Below, piece after piece: positions 29,355 through 41,339 of a DNA stretch of 64,000 bases. Both the position numbers and the translations under genes were made by a program. Position 1 is the first letter of the stretch; each line of letters begins with the position of its first letter. The notes below the pieces were generated by a model, which worked only from the letters and a program-made list of their open reading frames with translations, ran no database searches and was not told the origin of the DNA. Origin of the DNA: Nitrospirota bacterium (GTDB lineage: Bacteria; Nitrospirota; Nitrospiria; Nitrospirales; Nitrospiraceae); contig CAVPBK010000009.1 of the NCBI GenBank assembly GCA_963701855.1, positions 32,001-96,000 of the forward strand, in the 5' to 3' direction.

Positions 29355-32300
29355 ATGAATCATGCAACGTATCTTCCTGTTTTGGATGCCGGCTCCGAGC
29401 CGTCTTTCACGATACTTGTTCTTGGACTTCTGCTACCGTGGCTTTTCTACGTACCGATTGCAAGTAACGTTCAAGCCGGAGTCCCTACGGCGATCTCTCC
29501 GACTGACGGGACTGGAAGCCCTGCCAGCCTTGGTACAGTCATTACTTCAGGAACCTCTACCGTTCCGACCAATCTATGCATCGCAAGCTGTGTGATCACA
29601 GGGGGAACCACCGCTGGCCACAATCTCTTCCACAGTTTCGGTGACTTCAATATCGGCGTATCGGACAGCGCCCGATTCCAAACGGGACTCGTCAACCCTC
29701 TCCCCGATCCAAGCGTGTCAAATATTCTTGCCCGGGTCACGGGAGGGCTTCGAATCTATTCGGAAACTTGGACAGCGCCACCTACTACCCTTCCGCCAAT
29801 CTGTTCCTAATGAACCCTGCAGGATTTTTGTTCGGGCCGAATGCCACCATCAACGTCGGCGGGATGGTGGCCTTTACCAGTGCCGATTACCTCCAGCTGA
29901 CAGATGCGCACGTTTCAACGCGATTCCCAATCTGGCAGCCGATGCATTGCTGACTGCTTTGCCGGTTGCCTCGTTTGGATTCTTGGGATCAAATCCGGGA
30001 GCCATCACCATTCAGGGAACCCAGTTCTCCGTAACAGAAGGGCAAGGTATCTCTCTCGTCGGCGGCAAAGTAACGATTCAGTCAGGCACACCTGATGGCG
30101 GGATCAGCACCAGCTCAACTTCGGCACCAAACGGCAAGATTCAGCTGGCCAGCGCCGCCTCGCCCGGAGAGTTCGACGCCGCAACGCTCCAGGCGCTGCC
30201 AAGGGAGTGATCATCGTCGTTCACCTCCTTGGATCCATCGCTCTAGCATCGGGCTCAAGTATCGAACGTCAGGGCGCGAGTACGGTTTCGATTATAGGCG
30301 GGAAATTTGTTATCTCGGTGAACAACGCGGTGCTCTCCACTCACCTCTTCGCAGACCCCAGCCTGTCAAAGACGATTTCGCTGAGCCCAGGCAGTTCAAT
30401 AGTGATGTCAAATTCTGGAACAGATCTGGGCACTGACATACAGCTCATCGCCTCGAACGTCCAGATAGACGGAGCTTCCATTATCACTAGCCCTATTGAG
30501 GGGAGTATCGGAAAGGGAGGCAACGTCACGATCATGGCTACAGGCCCTGCCTCCTTCAATAACTCATTCATCGATACGCATTCTGACGTTGCCAATGGCG
30601 GCGGCGGAGCAGTCAAGGTGTCGGCTTCGGATCTGACTCTGCATAACACCACTATTATGACAAGCGTCTTCGGAGACGGTGTTACCCCAGTGACGAGCGG
30701 CGGTGGAGGTGGGGCAGTGACATTAAGAAAATACCACAAACGGATCATTCTCCATGACCGACTCAGCAATTGATACCTCTTCATCTTATGCCGGGAAAGG
30801 TGGAGAGGTGACGTTCACGGGCACTGAGAGTGTCACTCTGACACGATGCGAATATCCATACGGATTCATTCTTTCCAGTTTTAAATAACAATGCAAATAG
30901 CGGCGCAGTGGGCGCACGGCTCTCCTGTGGTTTTCTCTTCAAGGACAGCTTTATCTCTACATCTGTCAATGGAGACGTTGCCACACCCATAACAGCAAAT
31001 AGCGGGGCAGTCAACGCTGACCGGAATAAGGAGTGTATCCTTGCTACGCTCGTCAATCGATACCAATTCCTTTAACACCGAGGGGAATTCCGGTTCGGTA
31101 ATGATAACGGCTCCCACCGTCACTATGGTCGGAGACCCGAACCTTGTCGGGGCTGGTATTACTACTGGTACACATAATTTCTCGGGAGATCCTAATTCTG
31201 GCAATGGCGGAGATATCGTGATCACGTCAACGGTAACCAACGTGACCTTCACCGGGGCACATCTCGATAGTGCGGCCGACGGCCTCGGAGGATTCGGCCG
31301 CAAAGGAGGAGACATTCGGATTAGTGGCGCTCAAAGCATCCTTCTCGACAACGGAACGGTCTTCCTGTCCTCGACAAATAGCAAGGGCAACGCGGGGAAC
31401 ATGAGACTGGTGAGCCCGCATGTGACGATCAGAGGGCAGAGTACGCTTTCAAGTTCTACGTTTGCACAAGGGAGTGCAGGAACAATCACAATCACAGGCA
31501 AAGAGAATATTGCTATCGAATCGAGTTCGGCTCTCTTCACACTCGCAGACAGTGGGAGTCAAGGGCCGGCGGGACATATCGAGTTCAATACCCCGCAAGT
31601 TGACGATTGTTGGAGGAAGTCGAGTTCACAGTGAAACCTTCGGCTCAGGCCCAGGCGGTACTGTTACCGTCCAAGGCATCACTGGTCCTGCACAGTCGGT
31701 CTTGATCAGCGATCCCGGCAGCGGCATCTTCACCAACACGCGCGATACCGGCGCGGGCGGAATATCTTCGTAATGCCAACTCGGTCACGCTTCAGAACGG
31801 CGGCACGCTCTCGGCAACAACATCAGGTACTGCATCCTCGGCCACAGGCGGCACGATCACGGTGGACGCGGCGAATACCATCACCATGAACAGTGCCTCA
31901 ATCACGGCCAAGAGCGACGGGAGTGGCGAATGCCGGCAGCATCGATCTCACCGCGATGAACGGATTTACGATGCAGAACAGTACCATCACGACACAAGCT
32001 GGACAGGGGGCAGGCGGCGGCAACATCAAAGTGACCACCTCTCCATCGGCCACAGTGTTGCTCGAGAACAGTCGGATCAGCGCCTCGGTCGCCGACGGGT
32101 ATGGAGGCGGCGGGAACATTTCGATCGATCCGCAGTTCGTGATTTTGCAGAACAGCCAGATTCTCGCGAACGCGGCCCAGGGTCAGGGTGGCGCGATCAC
32201 GATCACCAGCGAGGGCTCTTTCTCTCCGATGCGAACAGCACCGTCAAGCGCGATCTCGCTCCGGCGTGAATGGCACCGTGACAATTCAGTCGCCGAATGC

Positions 32301-32637
32301 CCCGCTCAGCGGCCATATTCAGCCGCTGGGGAAGACACCGCTGATCGCGACGTCGCTGCTCAATCAACGCTGCGCATCGTTGGCCGGCGGTGAGTTTAGC
32401 AGCTTCACCGTGGCGGGACGGGACAGCCTGCCTACCGAACCGGGTGGTTGGCTCGCCAGTCCGCTGGCCTTCGGCTCGACCGGATTCAGTGCCGGCGCCG
32501 TAGCAGAGGCAGGCACACAGGCACGCGTCATCGATCCCGCGCAGGAGACTCCCCTCCTCTCATTGCGACAGATCGCACCGGCCGGGTTCCTGACCCAGGC
32601 CTTCGCGGTGGATGAGTCGACAGGCTGTCAATCATGA
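29355..32637 (+). pseudogene. TpsA exoprotein 2, multiply frameshifted
   Basis: NLFHSFGDF, NLFLMNPAGFLFG and a C-terminus nearly identical to TpsA1, spread across many ORF fragments. Confidence 0.88.
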
Positions 32638-35546
32638 CCCTTTGCGCAAGTGCACCGGGCTCCTCACGACCACCGAACCGCGCGTATGTCTATCGCGCTC
32701 GATTCAGCGGTTTCGCGCTGTTGGCACTCGGACTTGTAGTTGGCGGCTGTGCCACGATGGACCCGAGGGAGTTAACGGCCTGTAGCTCTTATGTCATCGA
32801 GGGTTTTCGGCCAATCGCTACGGAGCGCACCGGGCGGTTTCTTGGCAAGGTCAAAGAGAACACCGCTCGCTGTCGAGGCGGAGGCAAAGCGGTCGACGGT
32901 CGCGCCCTCCCGTGGGTGGATTGGCAGAACTACTGGGCCACCGGCGACGCCAACTCACTGGCCTATGGTGCGGCGGACGGAAGTGAACACCTCGCTCCGA
33001 ACGGACGCGGCATCGACGGCGCGTTGCTCGACCTCGAGTACCAACGCATGGAGATGATCAAGTTCAACCTGTTCGACAACAGCGGGACCTACCCGTGAAT
33101 ATGTGCTCGGCCGTGGCGGAGTCGAAGGACCAGCCCTCAAAGTCTGGAACTCCATGCGACTACCCAATGACCATCCCGATTACACCACTGTGGGCGGCGC
33201 CGGCCCGCAACTCTGCCACGGCGATTTAATCCGCTTCCGCACCCCCACTGGCATCTGCAACGACATCACAAATCCTCTCATGGGGTCGACCGCGATGCCT
33301 TTCGCCCGCAACGTCCAGTTCGAGACCACCTTTCCAGACCTGGGAAAGAATGAGGTGGCCAAGAACCGGCACGGCGATCGGCTCGGCTTACTCAAACCGG
33401 ATCCGCAGGTGATCAGTCGCAAGCTGTTCACTCGGGTGCAATCAGAGCCGGACAAGTGCAAGGCGGACTCCGGATTGCCTGGCGGTTCCGTTGAAGCCAA
33501 TTGCGATTATAAACCGGCCCCGTTTTTCAATGTCCTCGCCGCCTTCTGGATCCAATTTATGACTCACGATTGGTTCTCCCATCTGTACCAAGGGGACAAC
33601 TCCCCTCAACACATGGCCATGGGCTGCGCGACACATCTGGTCAACAACATTGATACGCCTCTTTCGCCGGACGATGTTGCCAGGCTCGGATGCCGCCCAG
33701 ATGATCGGATTGATCAGGCCATGATGGCCGAGGCCAATGACCCGCCGTCCTTCACCGAGAAGGGCAAGGAATATCTATCCCGGGCGTACAAGACGACCCA
33801 CAATAACGTCACAGCGTGGTGGGATGCGTCACAGCTCTATGGTTACGATGATAAGTCTCGTAGTCGCGTGAAGCGCGATCCCAATGACCGGGCCAAGCTG
33901 CGCCTCGATCCGGTGCGAGCCGGCGATCCGCTGGGTTACCTGCCGGTGTTCGAGGCAAGCGATCCGATCAATGGCGTATGGCGCGGCCAGGAAGCGACGG
34001 CCTTCCCGGATAATTGGTCTATCGGTCTGAGTTTCTTCCACAACGTGTTCGCCCGAGAGCACAACCGGTTCGTGGACGAGTTCCGCAGATTGCAGCGGGA
34101 CGAGCAGATGAAGGACATCGACAGCGGGCTGCGCAATCCTCTGAACCCGGAGCGAGACATTCCTTACCAGTGACGTCACCGACGACGAACTCTTCGAAAT
34201 TGGTCGGCTCGTGGTCTCAGCCGAGATTGCCAAAATCCACACCACCGAGTGGACGACCCAACTACTCTATGACGAGCCGCTCTACCTGGGCATGAATGCC
34301 AATTGGCACGGTCTCCTGCGCGAGGACGACCCGGTCTCGGCAGCGATCGAGAAGATCGTGGTACAGAACTTCGGCAAATCCCACGACGCCAAGAAGGCAA
34401 ATCAGTGGTATTCCGTCTTCGCCGCAGGATCAGGGATTTTCGGGTTGGGCAGCCACGTCTATGCCGACGATGCGATCTTCGCCCTCTATGATCCGAAGAA
34501 GACAGACATCTGGAGCCTCAACAAACTGAACCACATCAACGGGGGGGTCAACCACTTCGGTTCGCCGTTCAACTTCCCCGAGGAGTTCGTCACCGTCTAT
34601 CGGCTGCACACCATGGTCCCCGATCTGATTGAGTACACAGAATTGGCGGACGATCCTCGTACCATCCGAGACAAAATCCCGGTGCTGGAGACTTTCCGGG
34701 GGAAGGCTACGCCGGCGATGCGAGAGCGAGGACTCGCCAATTGGGGCTTGTCAATGGGCCGCCAGCCGCTCGGACGGCTCACGCTACAGAACCATCCCCA
34801 GTTCCTGCAAAACTTGCCGATGGATCGCTTTCACACAAACACCGACAAAATCGACGTCGCGGCGCTCGACCTGATCCGCGACCGCGAGCGCGGCGTACCG
34901 CGCTTCAATGAATTTCGCCGGCAGTACGGACTCAAGACCCTGACGAGCTTCGACGACTTTGTGGACCAGCGACTACCCAAGGACTCGAAGGAGCGCATGC
35001 GGCAAGAAGAATTGATACGCCTCCTCCGCGAGGTTTACGGCCAGCACACGTGTGACGCGTCAAAGACAATTACCGATGCGCAAAAGAACGACGACGGGAC
35101 ATGGATCAACGACTGCCTTGGCCACCCCAACGGCAGTATGGTGGACAACATTGAGGACGTGGACACGGTCGTGGGCTGGCTCGCTGAATTTCCTCGGCCT
35201 CATGGCTTCGCCATTTCCGAGACCCAGTTCCAGGTATTCATCCTCAATGCTTCGCAGGCGCCTGTTCAGCGACCGGTTCTTCACCTCCAGCTTCCGTCCT
35301 GAGTTCTACACGCATCTTGGTGTGGACTGGGTCATGAACAATGGCCCGGGCGGCAAGAACATGGAGCCAAACAAATCGAACGGCCACGAGGTGGACGTGT
35401 CGCCCCTCAAGCGCGTGTTACAGCGGACCATCCCGGAATTAGTGCCGGAGCTTGAGCACGTGGTCAACGTGTTCGACCCCTGGGCCCGCGACCGTGGGAA
35501 GTATTACGCCTTGCAGCCACCGCCGGATCGAAAGGCGGCACAGTGA
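32634..35546 (+). pseudogene. animal-heme-peroxidase family (alpha-dioxygenase-like) lipoprotein, 3 frameshifts
   Basis: VVGGC lipobox; WIQFMTHDWF, WWDASQLYG, REHN, KIHTTEWT, VYRLH, DRERGVPRFNEFRR; +1 indels near 33093, 34168 and 35255. Confidence 0.85.
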
Positions 35547-35731
35547 CCGAGAAGGACAGGCGCACGAGTCTGAGTGAGCCGATGGGAGGCATGAGCGCAG
35601 GCGCTGGGCAAGTGGCAAGTGGTCAGTGGCGAGTGGATGACATACGGATTCTGTCGTTGCGTCAGATCGCGCCGGTCGGGTTCCTGATCCGGGCCTTTTC
35701 GCTGGACTCGTCGGCGGGCTGTCAATCATGA
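35543..35731 (+). repeat. orphan third copy of the TpsA C-terminal tail
   Basis: LSLRQIAPVGFLIRAFSLDSSAGCQS* versus LSLRQIAPAGFLTQAFAVDE[P/S]TGCQS*. Confidence 0.85.
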
Positions 35732-37534
35732 CCCATTCGCACTGGGGAACCGGCACATGCCTGCGCCCCTTGGTTCGTCAAAGCAACTCTTTCCCGGTAT
35801 CGGTCTCACCATGGTCATGCTATTGGCATCTACTTCAGTCTTCGCACAGACTGCGCTCGACCCGACGGGGCGATCAGGCGAACCGCTCGGCCCCCTGAAG
35901 GAAGAATTTCAGCGGCCCAAGCCGCCTCCAAGTCCCGTGCTTCCCATCGTCCCACTCACGCCGGAGACCGGGGTGCCGACACAGCCCGGCACGGTGCAGG
36001 TATTCGTCCGTGACGTGAACGTGATCGGCAACACCGCCTTTTCGGATAAGGAGATCGCCGAGGTGACGACCCCCTTCAAGAACCGGACGTTGGTTACCGA
36101 GGATCTTGAACGGCTCAGGCTGGCCCTCACCCTCCTCTACATCAACAAGGGCTACCTGACCTCCGGCGCGATCATCCCCGACCAGGACGTCACGTCTGGC
36201 GAAATCACGGTGCAGATCATCGAAGGGAAGCTCACTCGGATCGACGTCGAGGGCAACCGCTGGTTCCGTTCGTCCTACCTGCGCGACCGCCTCTCGCTCG
36301 GCATCCGCACGCCGGTGACGCTCGGCCCCTTACAGGAACAGCTGCAACTCTTGCAGCAAGATCGCCGGATCGAGCGCGTCAATGCGGAACTGCGGCCCGG
36401 CGATACAGCGAGGCGACAGCCTGTTGAACGTGCGCGTGGCGGACCGGAATCCATTTCATGCCACGATGGAGGTCAACAACTACCTGACGCCACTGGTCGG
36501 AGAATTCCGTGGGGTCGGCACCCTCGTCCACGACAACCTGACAGGCCACGGAGACCCGCTCAGACTCAGCTATGGCCAGTCGAGCGGCGCCTTTCCGATG
36601 GTGGACGCCTCGTACGCCCTCCCCTTCAACCGATACGGGACGACCTTTTCTCCGTACTACCGGCGCACCGGCTTCAAACTCATCGAGCCGCCCTTCACTC
36701 CGCTGAACATCAAGTCCAACTCGGAGATCATCGGCATGAGTCTCCGCCATCCGATTTATAAGACCGTGACCGACGAGGTGGCGCTCTCGATCATCGGGGA
36801 GCATCTCTTCACCCAAAGCTTTCTCTTCAACGGCACCCCTGACCAGATGACGTTCAATTCGTTTCCCGGTTATCAGAATGGGGCGGCAACGGTCTCGGCA
36901 CTCCGTTTCGCGCAGGACTGGACCCACCGCACGCTCGATACCGTGCTGGCCGTCCGCTCGCGATTTAGCGTCGGCTTGAACGTGCTGGGTGCGACCATCA
37001 ATGCGAACCCCGACACACCCGACGGCCAATTCTTCTCCTGGCTGGGCCAGGCGCAGGGGATTAAACAGTTCGGTGAGAATTTGTTCGGCATGCAGCTCCT
37101 CGGTCACATGGACCTGCAACTCACCAACTCACCACTGTTTCCAGTCGAGCAGGTATCGCTCGGCGGCCGGTACACGGTGCGCGGTTACCGCGAGGTGACC
37201 ATCCTGCGCGACAACTCGTTCATGGCTTCGGTCGAGCCCCGCTTTCCGTTGGTCCGCTGGGCAAACGGGCAACCGATGTTCCAGTTCGCACCCTTCGTGG
37301 ATGTCGCGCACGGATGGAACATCGGCGCGCAACCACGCAACCGTGATTACCCCACTCGCCTTTTCCACCAACACGCTCGCCAGCGTGGGCGCCGGTCTCC
37401 GGTGGAATATCCTGCCGGACGACAAGGCCAGCTTCGAAGTCTATTGGGGGCAGCAACTGAACCACGTGCCAAGCATCGGCAACACGATTCAGGGTCATGG
37501 AGTGCATCTGGGTATTGTGGTCAATCTTTTCTAA
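35728..37534 (+). pseudogene. ShlB/FhaC-family TpsB transporter, frameshifted
   Basis: POTRA YINKGYLTSGA, IIEG; VRGY motif; C-terminal Phe; indels near 36405 and 37330 and possibly near the start. Confidence 0.88.
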
Positions 37535-37668
37535 CAGGAGCTGAGGTCAAGGTTAAGCGTCTGCAGCGAAGATCAAACTACTCTTTATCTCAACCTCAAC
37601 TCGCTGAAGCCTCTAACCTTCTTCGATGTGTGAGTCGATGGCAGCAAGACATGCGCAACGGAAATGAT

Positions 37669-39979
37669 ATGAGATCTCAATCTGCTCAGACTTGCCCTGC
37701 TCTTGATCCTCGCGAGCGGGCTCGTGCTGGCCAAGACATCCGGAACGGTCGCCGCGCTCGAGCCGACTCCGGACATCTTGATGACGCAGGGGCTTCAGGC
37801 GTACCAGCGGGGTTCATTCGATCAGGCGCTCGCCGCATGGAAGCAGGCGGCAGATCTCTATGAGCGAGACGGCAAGGCTAAAGAACAGAGTCAGGCCCTG
37901 GCACAGGCTGCGCAGGCCTCGGAATCGTTAGGGCAGCTCAGTCAGGCCTTGCAGCAATTGGAACTGGCGCTGACCCTGGCTCAACAGACAGGAGATCGCA
38001 CCAGGATCGCTGCCGTGCTGGAGAATCTCGGTCGGACGTACCTGGCGGCGCGCAAACCGGACGCGGCGATGCAGTATCTGACTCAGGCGTTGGCCATGGC
38101 ACAAGCCGATGAGGATCGGCGCCTCATCGCGGCCATCCACAACGACCTCGGCATCGCTCATGTCGCGCAACAGCATGACAAAGATGCGCTGGCCGCTTTT
38201 GCTAGCAGCGCACAAGAGGCACAAGCGGCCGGTGATCGCCCTCTGACCGTGCGGGCCCACATCAATGCGGCCCGCGTGGCGTTGAAGCTGAATCAACCGG
38301 ACCGCGCGCGTAACTGGCTGGACCAGGCCTTGGATGCTCTGAAAGGTTTCGAGCCTTCGCACGACAAGGCCATGAATCTCATACAGGTGGGACTGGGCTA
38401 TCAGCAACTCCGTGCCTCTATGTCGGCCATGAACGCACCCCTGCTGCTGCGTGCGGCCGGCGCGCTGCTGGAAGCGACAACCGTAGCGGAGCAAGTCGGC
38501 GACGCAAGGACTCGCTCCTATGCCGAGGGCTATCTCGGTCACTTGTATGAAACCGAGCATCGCTACGACGAGGCATTGCAACTGACCAGACGCGCGGTCT
38601 TCTCCGCCCAGTCTGCCAACGCGCCGGAGTCGCTCTTCCGCTGGCAATGGCAGCTCGGCCGTGTGCTGGCGGCGACGGGCAAGCTGGACGAGGCCATTGC
38701 CTCTTACGGCCATGCCACCACGACCCTGCGCCCCATTCGCACGGAAGTCGCATCCGCATGGGGGAACGATGTAATAGCCGGAGAGGATTCGGTTCGCGCG
38801 CTTTTCTTTGAGCTGGCCGATCTGCTCCTCCATCGCGCCTCGCTGACGGCCGACTCGCAAGAGGCCGAGCAGTACCTGGTCCGTGCACGCGATGCAATCG
38901 AGACCTACAAGGCCGCCGAGTTACGGGATTACTTCCGGGATGACTGTGTGGATACGATGCAAGCGCGTATCACGAAAATGGACCAGCTGGCCGTCGGAAC
39001 GGCCGTGGTCTATCCCATCGTCTTTGCTGATCGTTTGGAACTGCTGGTCAGCCTCCCCAATGGGCTGAAAAGACTGACGATCCCCGTCTCGTCAATCACG
39101 CTCACAAAAGAAGTGCGCGTCTTTCGCAAAACGGTCGAAAAGCGAACGACGCGCGAGTATCTCCCACACGCCCAACAACTCTACGCCTGGTTGATCCGCC
39201 CGCTCGAGCCGGATTTGGCCTCCTTCGGAATCGATACACTGGTCTTTATCCCCGATGGCCCGCTCCGCACGGTGCCGATGGCCGCGCTCCATGACGGCCG
39301 ACAGTTCCTCATCGAGAAATTTGCGCTGGCCACCACACCCGGCCTGAATCTCACCGACCCAAAGCCGATCGACCGCGACAAGGTCCGGTTGTTGTCGAGC
39401 GGACTCACACGAGCCGTTCAAGGATTTCCCTCCCTCCCCTTCGTCGAAGAAGAAATCAATTCCATTCGTACCCTCTACCAGGGCAATCAACTATTGAATG
39501 CCGATTTTTCGACTCCGCGTCTTGAGCAAGAATTACGAGACCACCCCTATGGCATCTTGCACATTGCCACCCATGGCTGGTTTGCCTCAGACACCACGCT
39601 GTCCTATTTGTTGACCTATAACGGAAAACTCACCATTGATGAGCTGGACCGTTTGATTGGACTATTCCGCTATCGAAAAGATCCACTGGAACTCTTGACC
39701 CTCAGCGCGTGTCAGACCGCCATTGGCGACGACCGTTCGGCGCTCGGCCTGGCCGGAATAGCCATCAAGGCCGGGGCTCGGAGTGCCATCGCGACACTCT
39801 GGTTCATCAATGATGAAGCCTCGGCTACCTTGGTCTCTGAATTCTACCTGCAGCTACGAAATCCCAAGCAGTCAAAGGCACAGGCTTTGCAACAAGCACA
39901 GCAGAAGCTCTTGGCAGATCGGGTCTACGAACATCCGGCATACTGGTCGCCGTTTCTGTTGCTGAACAACTGGCTATAG
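37669..39979 (+). CDS. TPR + CHAT (caspase-like) protease, probably exported
   Basis: TPR repeats, HIATHG and LSACQT dyad motifs, HPAYWSPF; open from TTG at 37703, ATG at 37669 is one base out of frame and would complete a signal peptide. Confidence 0.93.
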
Positions 39980-40013
39980 GGGACAGGCACCCTTCCTATT
40001 GGTGCCTGTCCCC
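39979..40013. repeat. REP-like palindrome
   Basis: GGGGACAGGCACC-N9-GGTGCCTGTCCCC perfect 13-bp stem; related to the palindrome at ~6858-6940. Confidence 0.75.
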
Positions 40014-40188
40014 GTCGGGACTCCTACTGTTGTTGTCCTCGTCACTGTGCTACTGTACGCTGGCGCGGGAAGAATGTTATTTGCTTTGTTAGGTTTGTCT
40101 TGTTTATTTGGTTGATCCAGACCAACTCGATTAACTAAACAAACCGGATAAACCAGCCCGATCGCGACCTGCCTGGGAGGTGCCACCG

Positions 40189-40941
40189 ATGCGAAACCCA
40201 ACTGTTTCTCTTCTAGCAGGACTGATCCTGAGCGTGGGGCTGTATGATCCGGCTGCAACGCCGGCGGTAACGGATAAGCCTGGCGTCGCTCAGTCAGGGC
40301 TAACGGAGGATACGCCGCCTCTCGTCTACACGCCCCCCAGGAAACTGACACCACGTGCTCGCGTGGGTGGTGGATTGCGTGGAACCGACGGAAAAGATCC
40401 CGTGCTCGAAGCCTTGGTGCCGGACCATGTCGGGTACACCATCAAGAAGTCTCCCATCTTGAACTGGTTTATCTCAAAACCAACGGAATACCCTCTGAAA
40501 TTTACGCTCATCGACACTCGATCAGTCACGCCAATACATGAAGGCGGGATTCCCTCACCGGATCATGCAGGCGTCCATTCGATCAAGCTCAGTGATTGGA
40601 ATCTTGCACTGGAGCCGGACGTGCAATATCGCTGGTACATCTCCGCGATTCGCGATCAAGACTCACCATCGAAAGATATTGTAGTCGGCGGCATTATTGA
40701 ACGTAGTGAGTTCAATGCGGGCGTCGTGGAAATGCAAGTCGATCTGAGCTGCGACCGGCTAAGCATACGGAGAAATGCCGAGAATAGTTTTTGGTACGAC
40801 GCCGTATCCTGTCTGAGCGATCTGATCACCACCAATCCTCAAGATACCTCTTTCCGACGCATGCGTGCGGCTTTGCTCAAACAAGTCGGCCTCAACGGCG
40901 TAGCAGAGTGGGATCTCAAGTCGATTCCGTCAGAAAAGTAA
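40189..40941 (+). CDS. DUF928-like exported protein
   Basis: RVGGGLRG, ALVPDHVGYT, YRW, FWYDA, LLKQVGL pattern; follows the CHAT gene. Confidence 0.8.
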   Translation: MRNPTVSLLAGLILSVGLYDPAATPAVTDKPGVAQSGLTEDTPPLVYTPPRKLTPRARVGGGLRGTDGKDPVLEALVPDHVGYTIKKSPILNWFISKPTEYPLKFTLIDTRSVTPIHEGGIPSPDHAGVHSIKLSDWNLALEPDVQYRWYISAIRDQDSPSKDIVVGGIIERSEFNAGVVEMQVDLSCDRLSIRRNAENSFWYDAVSCLSDLITTNPQDTSFRRMRAALLKQVGLNGVAEWDLKSIPSEK

Positions 40942-41141
40942 TCGCTCGCCAAATTTGCGAGACTCGCAAGACCAGCGAGAAAAGCGCGACGGACGAAGAA
41001 GCGCTGCGTTCGATATTCCGAAAACCTCAAACTTCTTACCTCAAATCGTCCGCTTTCACACCTCTCTTATTCGCGTCTAACCCAGCACTTCCTCGTGACT
41101 GAGTGGGTCTTTACCCGTCGCGCCTATTCCGGCCAATCCGG

Positions 41142-41290
41142 TAATCAAATTCGATTCAGTATCGAATCGTTTTCAATTCACATAGGCTGCTTCCATCTTC
41201 ATTTCTGTGACGTCGCCTGATGCAATTCCTTGAAAAACCATAGACCGCAACAGAGAATGCACACATTTTATATTAGGCATGCGGCTTGCT
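41142..41290 (+). promoter_or_regulatory. tandem activator sites plus sigma54 promoter
   Basis: TAATC-N6-GATTC (41142), GAATC-N6-AATTC (41164), AGGCAT-GCGGC-TTGCT (41275-41290). Confidence 0.65.
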
Positions 41291-41339
41291 GGATAGAGAG
41301 TAGCCGATGCCTACCCTCTAGATGAAAGGAGCCGCAGCC

